Source: Vicinamibacterales bacterium | Lineage (GTDB): Bacteria; Acidobacteriota; Vicinamibacteria; Vicinamibacterales; UBA8438 | Assembly: GCA_965220695.1 (NCBI GenBank) | Contig: OZ244838.1 | Coordinates: forward strand, 1,308,951 to 1,372,950 | DNA: 64,000 nt | Reading direction: 5' to 3' | Shown here: one piece after another, positions 41,656-50,610 of the stretch | Numbering within the stretch: position 1 is the stretch's first letter | How the letters are laid out: every line of letters starts with the position of its first letter | Notes under the pieces: generated by a model | What the model saw: only the letters and a program-made list of their open reading frames with translations | The model's database searches: none | Told to the model about the DNA's origin: nothing | Position numbers and translations under genes: made by a program

Positions 41656-42485
41656 CCCCTCGGGAGTTCTACGCGGAGGAGATCGACGCCACCTGCGGGT
41701 TGACGACCCCCGCACTCGCACGCGCGTTCGCCACGGTTCCGCGAGAGGCGTTCGTGGGCCCGGGACCGTGGATGGTCCAGGGCGGCGGTGACCTGTTCGC
41801 CCCTCCGCGGCGGACTGCCGATGCCGACCCGCGACGTGTCTACCACAACCTGTCGATCGCGATCGATCCCGGGCGCCAGCTCTACAACGGCGCCCCTGGC
41901 GTGGTCGCCCCATGGCTGGACGCGCTGGCGCTCGCGCCGGGCGCCCGCGTTCTCCACGTCGGATGCGGGACGGGCTACTACTCCGCCATCATCGCAGAGG
42001 TCGTAGGCCCCGGCGGTTCCGTCATGGCCGTGGATGTGGACGAGGACCTGGCGGACCGCGCGCGCGCCGCGCTACGGGACTGGCCGACCGTATCGGTGAT
42101 CTGCGGGGACGGCAGCCGACACGCCGCGCCCCTCCACGCCATCGTGGTGCACGCGGGGATCACGCATCCGCTGGCGTCGTGGCTCGACGCGCTGGCGCCC
42201 GGCGGCGGTATCGTGATGCCGCTGACCGAGTCGCTGCCCGGTATGTCCCTCGGCAAGGGCGTGACCGCAATCGCCCGGCGCGACGGCGCGGAGTTCGAGG
42301 CGCGTGTCCTCCAGATGACCATGATCTACACAGCCCTTGGCATCCGCGACCCGGGCCTCGAGCCGGCGCTCGGACAGGCGCTGCGCGGCTTCGACTTCAT
42401 GGCGGTGCGCCGTCTTCGACGAGACCCGCACGAGAAAGAGCCGGCGTGCTGGCTGCACGGGCCGGACTTCTGCCTGTCTCGATGA
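41652..42485 (+). CDS. Protein-L-isoaspartate O-methyltransferase (PIMT)-family methyltransferase with C-terminal extension
   Basis: 'AFATVPREAFVGPGPW' and SAM motif I 'RVLHVGCGTGYYSAIIAEVVGPGGSVMAVDVD' are present. At 277 aa it is longer than housekeeping Pcm. Confidence 0.75.
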   Translation: MTPREFYAEEIDATCGLTTPALARAFATVPREAFVGPGPWMVQGGGDLFAPPRRTADADPRRVYHNLSIAIDPGRQLYNGAPGVVAPWLDALALAPGARVLHVGCGTGYYSAIIAEVVGPGGSVMAVDVDEDLADRARAALRDWPTVSVICGDGSRHAAPLHAIVVHAGITHPLASWLDALAPGGGIVMPLTESLPGMSLGKGVTAIARRDGAEFEARVLQMTMIYTALGIRDPGLEPALGQALRGFDFMAVRRLRRDPHEKEPACWLHGPDFCLSR

Positions 42486-42519
42486 TGAACGGGCGGTTGG
42501 CGCCGGCGTTCTCACGACT

Positions 42520-42822
42520 GTCGAACGTGTGATCGCGGTCACTGGCACGTGGAGGCGCAAGGCTGCCGGCGTTCGGGATGAGCGGACCGGGCTGCTGGCG
42601 TTTTCCGTGTTGATCAATCTGAACCTGGCGGTGCTGAATCTCTTGCCGCTGCCCCCGCTGGACGGCGGCCGCATACTGTTCTGCCTGCTCGAGAAGGTCT
42701 ATCGGCCTCTCGCGCGCATGCAGACCCCGGTCACCCTCCTCGGTTGGGGGTTCGTCCTGGCGGTGATGGTCTACGCCACGATTCAGGACGTGGGGCGAAT
42801 CGCGACCGGGATGTTCGCCTGA
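42520..42822 (+). pseudogene. C-terminal remnant of RseP-type site-2 (M50) metalloprotease
   Basis: 'FSVLINLNLAVLNLLPLPPLDGGRILFCLLEKV' is the conserved NxxPxPxLDGG region. No HExxH or PDZ part lies upstream. Confidence 0.55.
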
Positions 42823-42909
42823 AGGCTGAAGCGGGTTGCCCGCGGGCCGGCCTCTCCGAACGTTCTCTGTGTGGCGGGTAGCCGCCGTCGGCCGCTCGTT
42901 CCCCGTCCG

Positions 42910-43932
42910 TCACTTCCTCGCCGGCTCGTCTGGGTCGCTGCCGAGAAAGCGGATCAGCTCGGCATTCACGATGTCGGGCACCTCTTCGTGGGGGTTGTGT
43001 CCGACGTTCGGGATGAGAAAGACCTCGCCGTTGGGGAGGATTTCGGCGGCCCGCCGCGCGTTCGCGGGGAAGTCCGGCCCGTCGATCTCGCCGCCGAGAA
43101 TCAGCGTCTTCGTCCGGATGTGGGGCCAGTCGTCGACCACCGTGTCCATCGAGCGCAGGTTGCCGCCGAGCCGGCGCACGTACGCCAGGCGCGGCCAGTC
43201 GCCGCTCAGCCGCTGGCCGTGGCGAATCCGGAGGTGGTCGATGAACTCCGGCTTCCAGTTCACGTAGCGCCGCGTGTCGGTGCGCACGTCCGCCTCGTAG
43301 GCGCGCTGCAGATCGGGGTCGCCGTCGATCTGGCCGTCGAACGGACGGAACCCCCGCCCCGGGCGGTTGTCGGTCAGGCCGATCTGGTTGACGGTCACCA
43401 GATGCGTCGTCTTCTCCGGATAGAGGAAGGCGAACCGTGTGGCCATCTGCCCGCCGATCGAGTGCCCGACGATGGCCGCCTCGGCGATGCCGAGGTGCTC
43501 CATGAGCCGCGCGGTGTTGGAGGCGTGCAGGCTCATGCTGTACGGCAGGATCGGCTTCGACGACTTGCCCCAGCCGAGCCGGTCCTTCACGACGACCCGG
43601 TAGCCCGCGCCGGCGAGCGCCTCGATCTGGCTCTCCCAGTACCAACCGTAGTAGCTGCCCCCGTGGTGGAGGACGACGGCCCGGCCGTTCGCCGGCCCCG
43701 TCGGCGCGACGTCCATGTAGGCGATGCGCACGTCCTGGCCGTAGACCTGGAAGTTCATGAACTCGACGGGATGCGGATACTCGAACCCCTCCAGGTTGAT
43801 CGAGATCGGCCCCCAGTCAGCGGGCGGCTCGGGCGGCGGCTGATGGGACTGCGCGGAGACCGCGGCCGGCAGCACGAAGGCGAGCACCGCCGCGAGCGAC
43901 AGCGCGACCCGCGCTCTCAGGAAGATGGTCAT
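42910..43932 (-). CDS. Secreted alpha/beta hydrolase
   Basis: It has a signal peptide, 'VVLHHGGSYYGWYW', the nucleophile elbow 'IVGHSIGGQMA' and a C-terminal 'GHNPHEE'. Confidence 0.8.
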   Translation of the reverse strand: MTIFLRARVALSLAAVLAFVLPAAVSAQSHQPPPEPPADWGPISINLEGFEYPHPVEFMNFQVYGQDVRIAYMDVAPTGPANGRAVVLHHGGSYYGWYWESQIEALAGAGYRVVVKDRLGWGKSSKPILPYSMSLHASNTARLMEHLGIAEAAIVGHSIGGQMATRFAFLYPEKTTHLVTVNQIGLTDNRPGRGFRPFDGQIDGDPDLQRAYEADVRTDTRRYVNWKPEFIDHLRIRHGQRLSGDWPRLAYVRRLGGNLRSMDTVVDDWPHIRTKTLILGGEIDGPDFPANARRAAEILPNGEVFLIPNVGHNPHEEVPDIVNAELIRFLGSDPDEPARK

Positions 43933-44167
43933 GGTCCTCTCCTGTGGCTACGTGGTTGTCGATCGTAGCACCTCTGACAGAAGCCCCCTCAGCCCGCTGG
44001 CGTCCTCGCCTATCTGGCTGTACCGCGGGGTTCTGCCACGGGGCGCTGGCACCGAGGCCCGTCCGGAGTGACCGGAGGGCTGCTTGGGGGCTTGCGCACG
44101 GCGGGGACCTGAGCGATCATGGACGCGTTCCCGGTAACGACGGCAGCCTTTCCAGGAAGGGTGTGAG

Positions 44168-45229
44168 ATGGACCATCGCCTTCGAACGGTCGCCATGGTG
44201 CTCGCGGTCGCCCTGCTCGCGTCGGGGCCGGTCCTGGCCCAGAGCCAGTCCCAAAGTGCCGCAAACGCGGAATCGGACTGGGAGATGCCGCGTCTGGCGG
44301 ACGGCCAGCCCGACCTGCAGGGCTACTGGACCACACAGACGTTCACGCCGATGCAGCGCCCCGAGTATCTGGGCGACCAGGCGTTCTACACCGAGGAGGA
44401 GTTCGCGCAGCTCCAGGCGCAGTTGACGGTCGTCGGGGCCGACCCGCTGGCCCGCTTCGCCATCGAAATACCCGACGCCGAGGAGCGCGCGCGGGTTCTC
44501 GACCAGAGCCACCGCGACGAGTCCTACGTCCATTACGACAACGCCATCTGGCTCGCCACGCGGGTGCCGAAGGGGTTGTCGACCCGGCGCACCTCGCTGA
44601 TCATCGACCCACCGAACGGCCGCATCCCGCCGCGCAACGAGCAGGCCCGGGCGCGGGCGGCGGAGCGCCGCGCGGTGCGCGGTGACCGGGGGGCCTTCGA
44701 CGGCTACGAGCTGCGCTCCCTCAGCGAGCGCTGCATCTACTACGGCTACAACGGGCCGCCGCTGCAGCCGCCGTCCTACAACGACATCCACCAGATCTTC
44801 CAGACGCCGACGCACGTCGTGATCTTCACCGAGCAGAACAACAACCCGCCGCGGATCATCCCGGTCGACGGGCGGCCGTCCATCCCCGAGAACATCCGCC
44901 TCTGGCCGGGCGACTCGCGCGGGCGCTGGGAGGGCGACACCCTGGTCGTCGAGACCGCGCGCTTCAACGATCAGTCCGCGTGGCAGGGCTCGAGCCGCGG
45001 CCTCAAGGTGGTGGAGCGGTTCACCCGGGTGGCCGAAGACCAGATTCACTTCACGTTCACGGTGGAGGATCCGGCCACTTGGGACCAGCCGTGGAGCGCC
45101 GAGATCCCGTTGATGGCCACCGAGGGGCCGATGTTCGAGTACGCCTGCCACGAGGGCAATCACGACATCCGGCACATCCAGGAGGTCTATCGCGCGCTCG
45201 AGCGGCAGGAGGCCGACGAAGCGCGCTGA
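44168..45229 (+). CDS. Secreted hypothetical protein
   Basis: 353 aa with a signal peptide ('..ASGPVLAQ') and coherent composition. Family not recognised. Confidence 0.55.
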   Translation: MDHRLRTVAMVLAVALLASGPVLAQSQSQSAANAESDWEMPRLADGQPDLQGYWTTQTFTPMQRPEYLGDQAFYTEEEFAQLQAQLTVVGADPLARFAIEIPDAEERARVLDQSHRDESYVHYDNAIWLATRVPKGLSTRRTSLIIDPPNGRIPPRNEQARARAAERRAVRGDRGAFDGYELRSLSERCIYYGYNGPPLQPPSYNDIHQIFQTPTHVVIFTEQNNNPPRIIPVDGRPSIPENIRLWPGDSRGRWEGDTLVVETARFNDQSAWQGSSRGLKVVERFTRVAEDQIHFTFTVEDPATWDQPWSAEIPLMATEGPMFEYACHEGNHDIRHIQEVYRALERQEADEAR

Positions 45230-45293
45230 CCCCGGCCGCTTGCGGCGACCTGTCCGCAGCGGCCTCGGCGGCCGTCGCGCGGGTCTGGTTACG

Positions 45294-45337
45294 CGCCTGA
45301 CGGCGCCTGCTCGCAACCTGGCCGGCGCCGTCAGGCG
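45294..45337. terminator. Bidirectional hairpin between convergent genes
   Basis: Perfect 14-bp inverted repeat CGCCTGACGGCGCC/GGCGCCGTCAGGCG with a 16-nt loop. A second bulged hairpin lies at ~45234-45266. There is no U-tract. Confidence 0.5.
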
Positions 45338-46422
45338 TCCTGGAGCTTGCGGCGGATCCAGTCCAGCGTCACGCGGTCGAACTCCTCCGGCTTCTCCTGC
45401 TGCGTCCAGTGGCCGCAGTCGGCGACTACGTGGCGCTCGAGGTCGGGGATGAACGACGGCATGCCGTCGGACGAGGACGGGCGCAGTATCGTGTCGTTCT
45501 CGGCCCCGACGTAGAGGCACGGCACCTCGATGTCGCCCGTCGGCGCCGCACCGCCGCCGCCCATGTTCGCGCGGTAGTAGCTGAAGCCCCCGGTGAACCC
45601 GGTCGCCTCGAACGTCTCCACCCAGTAGTCGAGGACGTCGGCGGGCATGATCAGCTCGCCCTGGTAGTCGCCCTCCTCGATCATCCGCAGCATGTCCATC
45701 GTCTTTTCGGCCGAGTCGGGCGGGTAGCCGCGCATGTTCTCGACGTCCCAGTACCAGCCGCGCCGGAAGATCATCTCGAGCGCCCGCCGCACGTCGCGCG
45801 AGAAGACCGTCTCGGCGCGCCCCGGCTCGAGGAACGTCGCGGCGTAATAGTTCTCGGTGAAGACGATCAGCGGCTCCTCGGGCGGCTCGCTCGGCGGCGG
45901 ACCGCCGGACGCGGGCGTGTTCACGCCGATGACGCCGAGGACCCGGTCGGGGTAGAGCCGCGGCATCGCCCAGACCGCCGCCCCGCCCCAGTCGTGGCCG
46001 CAGAAGACGGCCTGCTCGATGTCGAGCGCGTCGAGCAGGCCGACGAGATCCGCGCAGAGGTTCGGAATCGCGTAGCCCGCGACGTCGGCCGGGCGGTCGG
46101 TCAGCCCGTAGCCGCGCATGTCGGGCGCGATGGCCCGCAGGCCCGCGGCCGGATACGAGCGGAGCTGGTTGCGCCACGAGCAGGCGAGCTCGGGGAAGCC
46201 GTGCACGAACACGACCGGCAGGCCCTCGCCGCGTTCGTACACCGCCATCCTGATGCCGTTGGCGTTCACGAAGTGCGGCGCGGGCATGCCCGGCGCCGGC
46301 CGCACCGCAGGCTGGCCGAGCAGGGCCAGCGGTCGGACGAACGGCGCCGCGGCGAGCGCGGCGGCGGTCCGGCCGAGGAAGCGGCGCCGGGAGGGCGATG
46401 CGGGTGCGGCGGGCCAGTCCAT
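45331..46422 (-). CDS. Epoxide-hydrolase-like alpha/beta hydrolase with Tat signal
   Basis: ATG 46422. 'SRRRFLGRTAAALAAAPF' is a twin-arginine signal. 'VVFVHGFPELACSWRNQL' and 'CGHDWGGAAVW' (Asp nucleophile) are the epoxide hydrolase signatures. Confidence 0.8.
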   Translation of the reverse strand: MDWPAAPASPSRRRFLGRTAAALAAAPFVRPLALLGQPAVRPAPGMPAPHFVNANGIRMAVYERGEGLPVVFVHGFPELACSWRNQLRSYPAAGLRAIAPDMRGYGLTDRPADVAGYAIPNLCADLVGLLDALDIEQAVFCGHDWGGAAVWAMPRLYPDRVLGVIGVNTPASGGPPPSEPPEEPLIVFTENYYAATFLEPGRAETVFSRDVRRALEMIFRRGWYWDVENMRGYPPDSAEKTMDMLRMIEEGDYQGELIMPADVLDYWVETFEATGFTGGFSYYRANMGGGGAAPTGDIEVPCLYVGAENDTILRPSSSDGMPSFIPDLERHVVADCGHWTQQEKPEEFDRVTLDWIRRKLQDA

Positions 46423-46744
46423 GCGTGTGCGGCGCTGATCAGCCAAGTCGATGTACTCCTGTTTCGGTGTGGCGGGCTGCCGCCAGCGGACGCTCTGGAA
46501 TCTGCGCGTAGCATACCCCACCGCTCGTCATGGTCCGGGCGGGTGGCGCCGGGCTTGCGGCGGCGGCGATACCACGACTCGTAGAAAAAGTCGACGGGAA
46601 AGGCGTTGGTCGGGACCTCCGGCGGCAACGGTAGACCGGCGACGCGATCGAGGATCTGGAGATCGGCGGCATCGGGCTCCCTGTTTCGCTCTGACCCGCC
46701 CCCGGTATGGTCAGTGACCAATGTCGCGCGACTGCCGCTCGCTC

Positions 46745-47302
46745 TCAAGACGAGAAAACGTCGTCGAGGTCGACCTTCAGGCCGGCGAGCAGCGGCGAGT
46801 GGAGCGTCTTTCCTCGACCGAAGGTGAGGGCGAGGGTGAGCGCGCCGCCGCGCTGGCGGTGGATGGAGACGGTCTCCTCTGCCGGATCGACCAGCCAGTA
46901 CTCCGCCACGCCGTGTCTCTCGTAGAGGGTCCGCTTGTAGCCCCGGTCCCTCTCGGCAGTCGCCGGAGAAAGTATCTCTACAATCAGATCGGGCGCTCCC
47001 CGCACGTTGTCGCCGCCGCTCAGCAGGTGCTCGCGGTCGCGCGAGACGAACAGGAGATCCGGCTGCACGACGTCGGTGTCGGCCAGTACCACGTCGCAGG
47101 GGGCGAAGAAGAACTCGCCCAGGGCGCGTTCTTCGATGAACTGCCCCAGCCTGCGCCCCAGGCGGAACTGCACCTTCTGGTGCTTCAGATTCGGCGCCGG
47201 CGCCATGACCAGATCTCCGTCCAGCAGCTCGTAGCGCTCATCGGCCGGCGTGGTGCGGTAGTCCTCGTAGGTGAACTTGGCGACGGGTTGCGTGGTGCCC
47301 AC
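46745..47302 (-). CDS. Uma2-family (DUF820) endonuclease-like protein
   Basis: 'YELLDGDLVMAPAPNLKHQKV....VQPDLLFVSRD....APDLIVEILSP....D...K...Y...GV.EYWLVDP' is the canonical Uma2 pattern. Confidence 0.8.
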   Translation of the reverse strand: MGTTQPVAKFTYEDYRTTPADERYELLDGDLVMAPAPNLKHQKVQFRLGRRLGQFIEERALGEFFFAPCDVVLADTDVVQPDLLFVSRDREHLLSGGDNVRGAPDLIVEILSPATAERDRGYKRTLYERHGVAEYWLVDPAEETVSIHRQRGGALTLALTFGRGKTLHSPLLAGLKVDLDDVFSS

Positions 47303-47449
47303 GTGGGTGCTTCTCCCTCTGTCCCGGCGATCGCGACAACCATGATAGCCCGTTCCGGCATGGTTTCTTATTTGCCGCGCGTGGCCGCGGCCGCACGCGG
47401 CTGACCTGGAAGTCGTTCGCCATGATCGACGACCCCACCGACATCCTGG

Positions 47450-47670
47450 CAGCCCGTGGCAAGAGCCCCGCTGAATTCTGCGGTTTCACGCGGAATTCAG
47501 CCTTCCCCGCTGAATTCTGCGGTTTCACGCTGAGTTCTGCTGGGCCGCGTTGTTCCGGCTGATGAACAGGGCAACCACAAGGGTTGCCCCTACGGGTATT
47601 TTCCCTCGTCACGCCTTGCACAGCGGGCGCATCGCCGATCTCGGTGCTACGCGCGGTTTCACCGCGGGCT
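47450..47670 (+). mobile_element. MITE-like repeat, copy E (expanded variant)
   Basis: Left end 'CAGCCCGTGGCAAGAGCCCCGCTGAATTC', with an internal tandem duplication 'CCCCGCTGAATTCTGCGGTTTCACGC' x2 and a GGGCAACC/GGTTGCCC hairpin. The right end is 'TCTCGGTGCTACGCGCGGTTTCACCGCGGGCT'. Confidence 0.7.
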
Positions 47671-48159
47671 CCCGGGCGTCCAGTAGAACACTTCCCACGT
47701 GTGGAGCGGTTCGTTGGCGCCGGGGATGATCTCGCCGTCGAAGTCGTACGCCATGCGCATCCCGTTTTTCGCGCCGTAGTTTTCGAGATAGGGGATTCGC
47801 TCGTCGCCGAGGATCTCGGTCGCCGTCAGCGCATAGGTTTCGTCGCCGAGTCGGATCCACCCGTCCCGTCCTCCGCCCCGCACCCGCCCGGCCCAGTAGC
47901 CGCCGTCGGGCCGGGTGGCCGTGATGATCCCGCCGTTGTCGGTCGAGTACACGATGCGGATGACGAACGGGGGGAACCCGGCGAGCTTGAGGAACACCAC
48001 CCCGTGGTCGTTGACCGTGTTCCAGTCCGCGGGGGGCGGCGTCAACTCGCCGCCGATCACGACGCCGGGAAACCGCTCGTAGGGCGCCGTGACGGCGTAT
48101 GCCACCGCCGCCGCGCCGACCACCAAACCGACAACGAAATACAGCGTCTTCTTCGACAT
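47659..48159 (-). CDS. Membrane-anchored hypothetical protein
   Basis: 166 aa with an N-terminal TM anchor 'LYFVVGLVVGAAAVAYAV'. The last three codons and the stop lie inside MITE copy E. Confidence 0.5.
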   Translation of the reverse strand: MSKKTLYFVVGLVVGAAAVAYAVTAPYERFPGVVIGGELTPPPADWNTVNDHGVVFLKLAGFPPFVIRIVYSTDNGGIITATRPDGGYWAGRVRGGGRDGWIRLGDETYALTATEILGDERIPYLENYGAKNGMRMAYDFDGEIIPGANEPLHTWEVFYWTPGSPR

Positions 48160-49003
48160 GCAGCCCTCGCAACGTCAACACGGACCGACGATGTACCGGC
48201 TTCGAACAGATTCGGAGATCCGGGCGCCGGCGCCACCCTGCCAGATCATACGCCGACAGGGCTCGCCTGAAAACGCGGAGCACGAGGCGTGGATCGCCCC
48301 GGGCGAGTTTCCTCGTTGGATGCAGTAGGGTGGAAGGGTGGTAGTGTTGGCGGCACAGCAACACCACTATGTGATCCAATGCCCTATGCGGCACATTGGT
48401 TGGGCTGTCTCCTGCCAGCCAACTCACCACGGCGAGCAGTTTCCAAGAGGTGTTTTCGCGGCTCGCCAGCTGTCGTTCCCCGAGCGGTAAAGTTGATAAT
48501 CGCGTATGTCTCAGTCTGACCTAGACCGGCTCAGAATAGCGCTTAGAAAAGGAGACGAGCCATTTCGGGGCGATGGTGCATCTCTACGCCTGATCGACTA
48601 TTGGCGTTGGTCCGGCTCCAGCCTGATGGACAACACCGCCCGCGGGATGCTGGCGGAGTTCCTCGTCGCGACGGCAGTCGGTCAGCAGGAAAACCCACGC
48701 GTGGAGTGGGAACGATTCGACCTGTGCACTCCATCGGGAGTGACGATCGAGGTCAAAAGCGCCGCCGCCATCCAGTCGTGGAAGCAGGTTGCTCCGACTC
48801 CGATCCAGTTTACGATCGGGCCGCGGCAGGGATGGGACTCCGAGACGGGGCAGTACGACGAGCAGGCTCGCCGCTGGGCCGATCTCTACGTGTTTTGTAT
48901 CCTGGAGGGCGCCGACCCGCTCGACATGGCCAAGTGGCAGTTCTACGTGCTTCCCAGCGCCGTGCTTGACGATACGTGCCGACAACAGCAGACCATCCGC
49001 CTA

Positions 49004-50197
49004 GTGCTTAGTCACGTCAAAATGTTAGGATAGACGGACTTGAGTTTACGGCGCGCATCGTCGACCTGCATCTGCCAGTCGACACCGCGTTGCGTAGCAG
49101 TGACGTCGGTGGACCACGCCGACACTTCGCCGTGCAGCGTCTCGAGGTCGCCGATGCGGCGCCCGTCCAGGCATTGACGCGTCATCGAACTCAGTTCATT
49201 CTCGGCGATGTTCAGCCAGCTCCCGTGCTTCGGCGTGTAGCAGAACTCCAGGCGACGAACCAGTTCCCGAGCCCGGGCCGGCTCGAACACCTCGTAGAAG
49301 GCGCCGGGCGTGTGCGTGTTGAGGTTGTCGCACACCAGGGTGACTTTCGGGCAGTCGGCGTAGCGGCCCTCCAACAGGTCGGCGACCTCCACCGCCCAGT
49401 CCGCCTTCGTCCGCCGGGCCCGCGCCGTCGCCCGCCGCCAACACGCCAGCGGCTCGCTGAACAGGAAGACCGAGGCCGTGCCGGCCCGTTCGTACTCGTA
49501 GTCGACGCGGCGGGGCCGCGCCAGCGTGGCGGCCATCGGCGGGCGCGTTTCCTTGACCAGTTGCACCGGCTGCTCATCCATGCACACGACCGGGCAAGCC
49601 GGGTCGTACGGTTGCGCATAGGTGTCCAAGACCTGCTCCATGTGCGCCACGAACTCGGCGTCGGCCTCCGGCGGGATCACCCAGTACTCGATTTTCCGCC
49701 GGGTCATCCCGTTTTTTTTAGCGTGCGCCGGATGGTCTCGTGGCTGACCGACTCGACGACCTCCAGCTCGACGACCCGGCGCGCCAGTAGCCGCAACGAC
49801 CAGTTGGCATAGCCCTTCGGGGGCGGCCCCAGACGCAGGGCGATGACCTGCGCTTCCTGTTCGCCGTCGAGCAGCTTGGGGACCGGGGGCGACGGCCGTC
49901 GTTTGCGTTCCAGCGCCCGCTCGAATCCTTCCAGTACGCATCGTTGGCGAATGTTTTCGACCGTCTTGGTGCGGCACGACAAGGCGTCGGCGACCTGCTG
50001 GTCGGTCCACGCCGGTCCGTCCGCATCGGCCTTCAAGAGGATCTGAGCACGGCGCACCTTCTCGTTGCTGCCGTTGAGCTTCCGGACTGTCTGTTGACAG
50101 ACCTCGCGTTCCTGGTCGGTGAGTCGGACGATATACTTTTTCTGCATGGGAACTCTATCGGTTCCGCGTGCCCTAATCTTTAGTCGTGGCGCAGCAC
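49004..50197 (-). mobile_element. Intact IS630-family insertion sequence (1194 bp)
   Basis: It has imperfect ~26-bp terminal inverted repeats (TIRs), GTGCTTAGTCACGTCAAAATGTTAGG and GTGCTGCGCCACGACTAAAGATTAGG. It is flanked by TA at 49002-03 and 50198-99 and carries two overlapping transposase ORFs. Confidence 0.85.
49012..50147 (-). CDS. IS630 transposase, OrfA-OrfB joined by putative -1 frameshift
   Basis: OrfA (50147->49704) is the HTH part. OrfB holds the DDE_3 part ('VCDNLNTHTPGAF', 'YTPKHGSWLNIAENELS'). The frames overlap at an A8 run (T8 at 49712-49719), reading A_AAA_AAA in the OrfA frame. Confidence 0.8.
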
Positions 50198-50610
50198 TAG
50201 GCCCTCTCAAGCAACTCTCGCCCCGCGCGTGCAGCTACCGGGACTTGAAGCGCACGATCGAAGAAGTGGACCACCAGATTGCTCGTGACGCTGAACCTGA
50301 CGATTCCCGGCGCGACTAGCAGTCTGAACCGCCGTGGTCGATGCTTCGGTACACTGCCAATCCGCCCGCTGCCGGTTTGAGAACGAGAGGGAGATCGTGT
50401 CTCGGGCAACCCCGGACGAGATCAGAATGAGACGACCGCGTAGCTGGCCGGGCGAGTTGTGGCAGTGTCTGGAGGGACGGCTATGGCGCGCGATCAGGCC
50501 GCTGGGCTACGCGGCATCGTGACGGATGGCGCGATTTGCATCGGTGCCGGTAACCGATACGAGTTCTCGTTGAGTTGACGCGATTGGTCTGACCGTGACG
50601 GAGGGTTCGG

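Larger units (their letters stand above)
48506..50319 (+). pseudogene. PD-(D/E)xK nuclease-like gene split by IS630 insertion
   Basis: The 5' part (48506-49003) contains 'MLAEFLVATAV...WERFDLCTPSGVTIEVKSAAAIQSW'. Removing 49004-50199 rejoins the frame ('..QQQTIRL|GPLKQLSPRACSYRDL..') to a stop at 50319, about 205 aa. Confidence 0.6.

Noticed and set aside
44117-46177. 686-aa minus-strand ORF
   Set aside because: It spans two convergent real genes (44168-45229 plus strand, 45331-46422 minus strand in another frame). The composition is Arg/Pro/Gly-rich.
46560-46700. Minus-strand reading 'DLQILDRVAGLPLPPEVPTNAFPVDFFYESWYRR' that looks protein-like
   Set aside because: No start, family or continuation could be identified. 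It overlaps the upstream region of the Tat-signal hydrolase. It is left unannotated.
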